In this document: positions 54,738-64,000 of the stretch, piece by piece
Numbering within the stretch: position 1 is the stretch's first letter
Layout of the letters: every line of letters begins with the position of its first letter
Assembly: GCA_951406725.2 (NCBI GenBank)
Contig: OX597817.1
Coordinates: forward strand, 51,522,001 to 51,586,000
Direction: 5' to 3'
Origin: Octopus vulgaris
Lineage: Eukaryota
Length of the DNA: 64,000 nt
The notes under the pieces: generated by a model
Databases searched by the model: none
Told to the model about the DNA's origin: nothing
The model's input: the letters and a program-made list of their open reading frames with translations, nothing else
Translations under genes and position numbers: made by a program

Positions 54738-56075
54738 AGTATTGAGGACCTATTTATCGTATATGTGATCTTAGAGGTTTATCTGTTTTATGGACGTTGG
54801 ATGTTGTCGTGGTACCTTGGTTGGTTTGCAGAAGTCTATCCTCGGGCTCACGGTCTTGGGTTCATATCTAGCTCTAGATAGCATACAGTGTCTTGTGCCA
54901 AAAGCACTTCATTTCATATTTTTCCTATCAAATCAGATAAAAATAAGTACCAACTTACGGCTTGTACACCCCTTAAACTTCTCCAACTTTCAATCTTTTG
55001 TCCGAGTTTGAGAATATGCACAATTTTACTCTACACATAAATATTTCAGCTTTCAATCCACATCGATTTCCAAATAATGGCTGGCAACACGACAGCTTCG
55101 ATAGTTTTGGATATAATGCTTTAATGGTTACGTTCTTCCAATTTGCGATCTGGTTTCAAATAGCATAGCAATTACATTTTTGGTGACCATAAATAGCATA
55201 AACGTCTTGTACTAGGATCGATCTGTTGTTCCAGCTCTTTACATTTCTTTCCCACACTCTGTCTTTTCTCTCTTTCTCTCAATCTCTCTCTTTTTCTCTC
55301 CCTCTTTCTCTCTCACTCTTTCACACCCGATTGCACCTGGAATACAAAGACTCAGCCTTATGACTGTATACACCCTGTAAACTGTTCTCAAACTAGTGCC
55401 AAATAAGTGTACCTGCGAGATATTCAACCTGTTCTATACTAATTTCCTCATTAGAGCTTCCGTTTGCTGAACAAAATGCTCATCGTCGATGCCGACGGAG
55501 AACCCAGCATTTTCACAAGCCTTTTGAAATAATAAAAAAAACATTCATACTTCCTTTTTCAACCTCTCTTTCTCCCCGCCTTATGCAAACATCCACATCA
55601 AATATATGCAAACAACGAACTCTTTTTAAGTAGAGCATTTTTGCCATCTCTATAAACTACATTTTTACTACATGTACTGCATGCACGATAATGAATGCCA
55701 TGGATTAGATAAAAATAAACATAGTTCTTTCCTTTGAAGCCAGCAAACGAGTTGGATATTGCGGCAGTGAAGTTCCAGAGATAGAAATTCCAAGGAGATT
55801 TTTTTCCGTTTGAACTTTGGTATATAAACTGCGTAGAACATTGACCAGAATGATATTCTCTATTGCTAAGATGTTCTTCAGAAGTGGATTGACGTGAGTG
55901 GATTGGCATAAAAGAAAGCGTGAATTCTTGTAAGTGAAATAGGGTCGGAAAGAAGTCAAAAAGTAGATAGAAATACATACTCCACAACCTCCATACACAT
56001 CATAGAATAAACAAAAATTTTCATCACTGTCATTTTCTTCAAACCTACTACTACTACTACTGTGTACTTATGTGT

Positions 56076-56117
<42 letters not shown>

Positions 56118-56391
56118 CGGAGGTTCTTGGCTTAATGGTTAGGGATGTTGAACACATGATCGTAAATTTGTTGTTTCGATTTCTGGGCCCGGCGATGCGT
56201 TGTGTTCTTGAACAAAACACTTCATTTCACGTTGTTTCAGTCTACTCAACTAGTAAAAATGAGTAATCCCGTGACGGATTATTCATTATATGCAAGAGAA
56301 ACCGGGAAAGCGGGTTTATGTCCCTTACGGAGTAACATAGACTAGCTCTATATATATTTATTTATTTATTTATATATATATTTATTTATAT

Positions 56392-56740
56392 ATGGGAAAA
56401 AGTCAAGGTAGAGAATGCTAAAATAATTTTATAAAAAACATTTCAGTACCGGTTTCGGTCATTGACACTTTTTCACCTGTAAGTATGGAAAATAATTAAA
56501 TTTTGGAAAAATTAAATGAAAAGTTTTTCTTAAAAGAATATTTGCATAGTATTCAAATGCAAGGGGCCTCGAACCCACAAGAGTAAACAAGAGAGACAGA
56601 GACAGGCAGAAACAAGAAAAAACGTCCCTTGTATTTGAATACTATGCAAATATTCTTTAAAACAACTTTTCTTTTAATTTTTCCAAATTTTTTAATAAAA
56701 TTATTTTAGCATTTTCTACCTTGACATTTTTTTTCCATAT
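56392..56740. mobile_element. Fold-back element with a variant hammerhead (56444-56479, minus) on one arm only
   Basis: gtcaaggtagagaatgctaaaataattttat ... ataaaattattttagcattttctaccttgac; cag GTGAAAA agtgtcaatgacc GAAA ccgg TA ctg. Confidence 0.75.
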
Positions 56741-57123
56741 ACATATCAACTCGTATCTTCCTTTTCAACCTTATATATATATATATATATATATAATGTG
56801 TGTTTGTGTAAATATGTGAATATATATTTACATAAATGTGCACACACATACAAACATACACTTGTGGTAATGTACATCAATATACAGATGCGCAGGCGCA
56901 CGCATACTCGCATACATATGAAAAAGAGGTGAATGTGCTTTCGGAGTTTCAGCGGCCATTTGTTTTGTATGTTAATTAAGACTAGATAACTAACACTTTT
57001 ATGAAACCAGCTGCGAAACTTCGAAGTCCCTGCCGAATTTGTTTTCATCTAAAAACAAACAATATGTTATGCTCGGAGAGAAATGTAAGAAGTTAAGGGC
57101 GAAAACTAGACCCCGCAACACAT

Positions 57124-57524
57124 TACTCTTTTACGTGTTTTCAGTCATTTGACTGCGGCCATGCTGGAGCACTACCTTTATAGTCGAGCAAATCGACCCC
57201 AGGACTTATCTTTTGTAAGCCTAGTACTTATGTTATCGGTCTCTTTTCTCGAACTGCCAAGTTACAGGGACGTAAACATACCAGCATCGGTTGTCAAGCG
57301 ATGCTGGGGGATAAACAGACACACAAACATATACACACACACACACATATACAGATATATATACATATACGACGGGCTTCTTCCAGTTTCCGTCTACCAA
57401 ATCCACTCACAAGGCTTTGGTCGGCCCGAGGCTATAGTAGAAGACACTTGCCCAAGGTGCCACGCAGTGGGTCAGAACCCGGGACCATGTGGTTGGTAAG
57501 CAAGCTACTTACCACACAGCCACT
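57124..57524 (-). mobile_element. SINE family A
   Basis: Near-complete copy. Confidence 0.82.
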
Positions 57525-57902
57525 CATAACTTTAATGAGAGAGGTCAATATCACTTGGACAAATACAATGAAGAACTGCATCCATCAGAAACTACTGGCC
57601 TCAACTGGCTGCCCAATGTGCGCCATGGCACATGAGACACTGAACTGAACTGTATCCGTACAGACTTTACAAGACGGACTGAACTAGACAGATTTATCAA
57701 AAGTTACAAAACTCTGTAATATAATCTAATATGGTAAAAACTGGAATCTTTTTTTAATAACTTGCAACCCGATCTTAAGCACCAAAATATTGATTTGTGC
57801 GTTCTGCAAGATAATCGATTGAACCTCATTAGTAATATTTATTTTTATCGAAGGTGCTGAGGTGGGGGAATCATTAATGCAATGGATAAAAAGTCTTCTG
57901 CC

Positions 57903-59112
57903 TGGCGAGCTGACAGAAACGTTAGCACGCCGGGCGAAATGCTTTGCAGTATTTCATCTGCCGTTACGTTCTGAGTACAAATTCCGCCGAGCTCGACTTT
58001 GCCTTTCTACCTTTCGGGGGTCGATAAATTAAGTACCATTTACGCACAGGGGTCGATATAATCGACTTAATCTGTTTGTCTGTCCTTGTTTGTTCTCTTT
58101 GTGTTTAGCCCCTTGTGGGTAGTAAAGAAATAGGTATTTCGTCTGTCGCTACGTTCTGAGTTTAAATTCCGCCGAGGTCAACTTTCCCGATCATCCTTTC
58201 GGGGTCGATAAATCAAGTAACCTGGGTGAATCGTTAGCGCGTCGGACAAAATTCTGAACGACATAGCTACCGCTTCTTTACGGTCTGAGTTCAAATTCTG
58301 CGAAGATTGATTTTACCTTTCATCATTTCTGAATAATATAATAAATACCAGTCACCTACTGGGGTCGGTGAAATTGATTATCTCCTTCCCCCTAAAACTT
58401 GGCCTTATACAAAATTTGCAACAAATCATTTATTTTATTCTTTTACTTGTTTAAGTCATTTGACTGTGGCCCTACTGGAGCACCGCCTTTAGTCGAGCAA
58501 ATCGACGCCAGGACTTATTCTTTGTAAGCCTAGTATTTATTCTATCGGTCTCTTTTGTCGAACCGCTATGTTACGGTGACGTAAACACACCAGCATCGGT
58601 TGTCAAGCGATGCTGGGGGGACAAACACAGACACACAAACATATACACACACATACATACATATACATATATACGACGGACTTAATCCGTTTGTCTGTCC
58701 TTGTTTGTCCTCTGTGTGTTTAGCCCCTTGTGGGTAGGTATTCCGTCTACCGTTACGTTCTGAGTTCAAATTCCGCCGAGGACGACTTTGCCTTCCATCC
58801 TTTCGCGATCGATAAATAAAGTACTAGTTACGCACTGGGGTCGATGTAATCGACGTAATCCGTTTGTCTGTCCTTATTTGTCCTTGCAGTGTTTAGCCCC
58901 TTGTGGGTAGTAAAGAAATAGAAATAGGTATTTCGTCTGACACTACGTTCTGAGTTCAAATTCCGCCGAGGTTGACTTTGCCGTTCATTCTTTCGGGGTC
59001 GATAAATTAAGTACCAGTTACGCACTGGCGTCGATATAATCGACTTAATCCCTTTGTCTGTCCTTGTTTGTCCCCTCTGTGTGTAACCCTTTGTGGGCAG
59101 AAAAGAAATAAG
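57903..59112. mobile_element. SINE cluster: tandem family B units (+) with an inverted family A 3' half (58434-58678)
   Basis: Repeated units of about 175 bp. Confidence 0.8.
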
Positions 59113-60020
59113 AACGTTCCACCAATGTTGTCTAAAGGAGAAAGAAGAATGAATGCAGCCTCACAGCGATGATGTCATAAGCATTGTTCATTACATCATC
59201 GATATTAATATCGATCAACTCCATCGTAAGACTATGAGGAAAAACACAGTTCCGTCGAGATTCGAACACCTCTCCACTGTTTGAGCCGCTCCACTTTATA
59301 GTATCGTCGATATTCGAACATGTGTTGTAAATGTACATAAGAAAAACCACGGTATCAAAACAATTGAAATTCTAATCTCCCTGCCACGCTTCTCCTCTGC
59401 TCGTAATAAATAACAATACCACGTATTTTATAAATACTTGCAGAGAATTTTTCAACAGAAGATTAATTGGGTATTTTGGAAAATAAACTGGATAAATGGC
59501 AATAAACAAAACACGCTGGAAATAAAAAAGAATATAAATAAACGAAAGCAAACAGTAATAAGAAAAGAAACCAAGAAAACTTGACCAAAATTGTTTGCGA
59601 AGTGTTACGTTCACAATCAAGAACTAACTCAATGAATATCTGCGCCTTTATTTTTTTTCCGGTGGGTTTACGAAAATGAAAATGTCTAAACAGAAATGAA
59701 CAAAACATATGGGAAATATAAATGATAAAAATAAGCCAACAGAGAAAGTAATAAGCAAAGAAAAATTAACCAATATTACAAGGAAAACGTTACGTGCAAA
59801 AGCAAGAAGGAGCTCCATGAGGAGCTGTTTCCGCATTTCGTAGTGTGGGTTTATGAAAATGAAAATGGCTGAATTGTCATCTGATGTGATATATATATTT
59901 ATTAATTTATGTATTTAGATTATTCTGAAAAGCTGGGTTTAAATTGTTTAATTATCCTCGGACATGTCGTTGAATTAGAAATTACGAAATATTTAGTTAG
60001 AAAATCAGAAGACACAGATA

Positions 60021-60109
<89 letters not shown>

Positions 60110-60604
60110 TGCAGATGCATTCATGCATTCATATATAAACAAATGCCTATGTATAAGTACGTTTGTATATGTAGATATGTATGTGCGAGCGTGCTATATA
60201 TATATGTATATAGATGGAAAGATAGATAGATAGATACATACATACATACATACATACGTACATACATACATACAGACAGACAGACAGACAGACATACATA
60301 CATACATACATACATAGAGGGTGGAGAAAGAAAAAGTGAGTAAATGAGGGAAGAAATGATAGTCAGCGGCGGGAACATGAGTAGATAGTTATATAGAGAG
60401 ATAATGTTCATCGACGCAGCATATAATTAATTGTGCATATATATATATATATATATATATACATACATACATACATACATACATACATACATACATACAT
60501 ACATACATACATACATACATACATGCATATATATATATATATATGTATACACATATAGATATGCACTTATAAACATATGTTTTATATCTATATATATATA
60601 TATA

Positions 60605-62222
60605 CAGTGGCGGCCAAAATGTTCAGAACGGCATTGATTTCGTCAGATAAGTAGATATAATTCTTTTTATCAAAGTTGTTTTATATTCTATAATTTTCAC
60701 AGACAATAAATACGATATTATTTATTATTGTCTGAGATTTTAGTGTAATTTGAGAGGATAAAAGTTATGGATGATTTAGTGATTTACTGCAAAACCCATG
60801 GCCACCAAAATGATCAGAACGGTTGCTTTTACTCCGTGTTTTAGTATATTTAACCGGCGAACTCTAATGTTTTGAATTTGTTTACGTGACGGTTCGTTTA
60901 CTAAACATTAGTAAGAATATTTGCAGTGTACTTTGTTAATATAATGCCACTTACTCCGTTACCAATTCGTCAGCAGATTATTAAGCTTCGAAGGAAGGAT
61001 AATTTAAGTATTGGATCTATTGCAAAGATTGTTAACAAGTCAAAAAGTGTTGTACACGGTATTCTTAAGGTCTACGATGATTGTGGTTCGTGTGAAGCAA
61101 GAAAGTTTACAGGTAGGCCAAGAAAAACGACCAAGAGAGAAGATTGTGCTATGGTAAAGTTGGTTAAAAAGGACAGATTTAAAACTGCTGCTGCTGTTTC
61201 TCAGAAAATGAGCATTGTATTGAAGAGAACTTTATCTCGAAAAACTGTCTTTCGTCGTTTAGTTGAACATGACCTACAAGCAAGAGCACCTGCAGTGAAG
61301 CCACTGATCAGCTCCAAGAATAAAAAGTGTCGTCTTACTTTTGCAACCGAACATGTGTTGTGGTCTCAAGAAAAATGGCAAACGGTGCATTTCAGTGATG
61401 AATCTAAGTTTATGTTATTTGGCTCAGATGGGAAAAGGTAGAAAAGTAGGTGAAAAATTGTCGCCTAAATGCCTTAAGACTAGTGTTAAATTCGGTGGGG
61501 GAAGAGTCATGGTTTGGCAGATGATATCTGGAGATGGTGTGAGCCCTTTGGTGCGATTACATGGAAAGGTAAATGCAGGAGTTTATAAACAACTTGTAAA
61601 AGATCATGTCTTGCCTGTGATGAGAAATTCAACTAAGCGACCACCCATATTCAAGCAGGACAATGCCCCATGTCACTAGGCTAAGGTGGTCATGAACTTC
61701 CTCAAGGCTGAAAAGGTTATTGTTATGGATTGGCCTGCTCAAAGCCCAGATCTCAATCCTATTGAAAATGTATGGAATATTCTAGGAGAACGTTCGAAAG
61801 CCAGAAATCCTAAAACAACTGAGCAATTATGGAATGCCCTTCAGGAAGAATGGAATAAGATCACCCAGCAAGAAATTGAAAATTTAATTTCCTCAATCAG
61901 TCGAAGATTTCAGAGTGTGATTGAAGCTAAAGGGCTTCACACTAAATATTAAATAATTCCAGTTTTCTCTGTCATTTTCAGTTATTTTGTTATTTTTTCA
62001 ACCGTTCTGATCATTTTGGCCGCTATGAGCTTTGCAGTAAATCACTAAATCATCCATGACTTTTGTATTATCCTCTCAAATTACACCAAAATCTCAGTCA
62101 ATAACAATTAATATTGTATTTATTGTCTGTGAAAATTATAGAATATATAACAACTATGATAAAAACTTATACCTACTTTTCTGACGAAAGCAATGCCGTT
62201 CTGAACATTTTGGCCGCAACTG
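60605..62222 (+). mobile_element. Tc1 DNA transposon, IR/DR type, complete, with TA target duplication
   Basis: TA-CAGTggcggccaaaatgttcagaacgg ... ccgttctgaacattttggccgcaACTG-TA; about 220-bp TIRs with inner repeats ccaaaatgatcagaacgg. Confidence 0.95.
60944..61952 (+). pseudogene. Tc1 DD34E transposase, disabled by a frameshift near 61438 and a TAG at 61677-61679
   Basis: GRPRKTT, VHFSDESKF, FKQDNAPCH, WPAQSPDLNPIENVW; 34 residues counted between the second D and the E. Confidence 0.92.
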
Positions 62223-62476
62223 TATATATATATATGCTTATATATCTCTGCTTCCGCTCCTGTGATTGTACTTGTGTATGTGTCCCCCCCCCCAATGGAC
62301 AACAATCGGTGTTAGTGTTTTGAGTCCTCGTAACCTCGGGGTTCGGCAAAATCACCGCTATATTAAGTACCAGAATATAAAAAAAAAACAAGTACTGGGA
62401 TGAAGTTGTTCTATTTAAACACTCCAAAGCGATGCGCCATCATGGCTTTAGTTCCATAACAAGTAAAAGATAATAG

Positions 62477-62510
<34 letters not shown>

Positions 62511-62883
62511 CAAAAGAGGGGGTGTATTTCCACGCAGGAAAATATAGAGGCAAATTTGTTGTTGAAAATGCAGCTAAATTTGAAAAACTTATAATTGTTT
62601 CAAATAAATTTATTTACATATATAACAAACTAGTTTCAACAATATGTTTTGTTTATCAATGGTAAAAATTTAGAATTATGGTCTACTGGTCCCGTCCCTA
62701 GGTTTGCCCCCATGCTCACGATCATATCCGATGCAGCTGTGCATCGTTAACCAGCTAGAGGCAATGTCCTCTTGGGGTTAGAAAATCGCAGCAGAATCCG
62801 CTCGAACGGACAACCATCTCTTAGAGAGATTTTAGAACTAGAATGTTGGCTTGTTGCAAAATCAGCGACTGTGTGTTAGCTTG

Positions 62884-62939
<56 letters not shown>

Positions 62940-63150
62940 TCAAAATGTGACCGCGTGTGTACTGTTGGCAATTTTTTTCCTCTGTCTTCCCTTCTCTGGA
63001 TCTTTCCTTCTCCTATATTTCCGACGAAGAGATCCGCTCGAAACGTTAAACCCTCCTACTTTCCTTCTTTCCTGAGCGTCCAATAATACTATATTTGTTC
63101 CACGTCCTCGCGTTGTTGTGTTTTTTTGTGCTTTTTTGTTTGGATTAACT
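62940..63150 (+). mobile_element. About 210-bp (TA)n-embedded element with a minimal hammerhead (63017-63051)
   Basis: attt CCGACGA agagatccgctc GAAA cg TT aaac; paralog of 10010-10222. Confidence 0.75.
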
Positions 63151-63767
63151 ATATATATATTTATACGGCGTGCAGAAGCGAGCTGGTATCTTCTCTAGCA
63201 AACGAGGTGTCCAGTACTGAGGAGTGGCAGAAATAGCCAGAAACCAGGAAGCATCATGCAATAGAACACAAATCTTAACCATGCTATTTCGAATCGAACG
63301 CCTAATATATTTGCATCAATTTACACGTTTACCTAGACATCATTCTTTGTGTGAGCTAACAGTGGAGCTAAAAATCAATCCCGACTGTTATATAATAATG
63401 GCATGCTAGGTATAATATTGTCTGGCAAACTGCACACGAAAACGATCTGATTTGTATGCAGAACGACCACTCCCTAATGTTTTGCGCCATTCGCTCTGTG
63501 TCTCTAATTTCATTTTGCGCTGTTATGTCCTTACAAGTTAAAAACCCGTTAAATTGTTCTGGCAAAGATTTCAAACACACAACAATTATTTCTACATATT
63601 CTTCTGTACAATATCATGTTACACACCTTTATACAAACATACATGCATACATACACACACACATACATATATATGTGTGTGGGCGTCTGTGTGTGTAAGG
63701 ATATATATATATATCTGTGTGTGGCATATATGTATATACATAAAACACTACTATATAACTATATATT

Positions 63768-63801
<34 letters not shown>

Positions 63802-64000
63802 TATGCCCATATTTTAAGTGCTATCACGTACACATTAACATTATAAGCAATGTATATAAAAACTAGACGCAGACATACCCACACGCACACAATGACACAC
63901 ACTCACACAATGACACACACTCACACAATGACACACACTCACACACTCACACACGCAAGCACACACATACACGAACACTCCTGTGCGCGCGGATATGACA

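Noticed and set aside
55598-55998. Overlapping 129-aa and 97-aa ORFs in unique sequence
   Set aside because: No recognisable domain or splice context
57903-59112. Regularly spaced repeats superficially like a CRISPR array
   Set aside because: Eukaryotic SINE multimers; the intervening sequence is itself repeated and there are no cas genes
62181-62205. CTGACGA within the Tc1 right TIR
   Set aside because: No stem II-GAAA-stem III-UH continuation; chance match

Overview
AT-rich, microsatellite-saturated eukaryotic DNA; I could not identify any host protein-coding exon. The (TA)n/(CA)n/(GATA)n density and the tRNA-derived SINE families suggest an octopod cephalopod genome (inference). Autonomous-type elements: (1) a partially tandem Neptune-type Penelope-like retroelement (PLE) at 1-3724 (-), with RT YLDD, a Cys linker, GIY-YIG, a pseudo-LTR carrying a minimal hammerhead ribozyme, and an ORF1 overlapping the RT ORF in the -1 frame; (2) an apparently full-length CR1-group LINE at 40568-45200 (-), whose Myb/SANT-like + 2xCCCH ORF1 overlaps APE-RT through a U_UUU_UUA slippery site; (3) a complete but disabled IR/DR Tc1 (DD34E) at 60605-62222. 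There are also relics of mariner, maT-like, RTE, R4/Dong, Hero and CR1 elements and about 25 SINE copies. The most striking signal is not visible in the ORF track: at least ten type-I hammerhead ribozyme motifs (intact, variant or decayed) belonging to several unrelated non-coding families. Most sit in (TA)n tracts and many lie within long fold-back inverted repeats with a one-sided tail, suggesting a population of non-autonomous, ribozyme-bearing, PLE-derived palindromic elements. All structures were folded and aligned by eye, and repeat boundaries are approximate.
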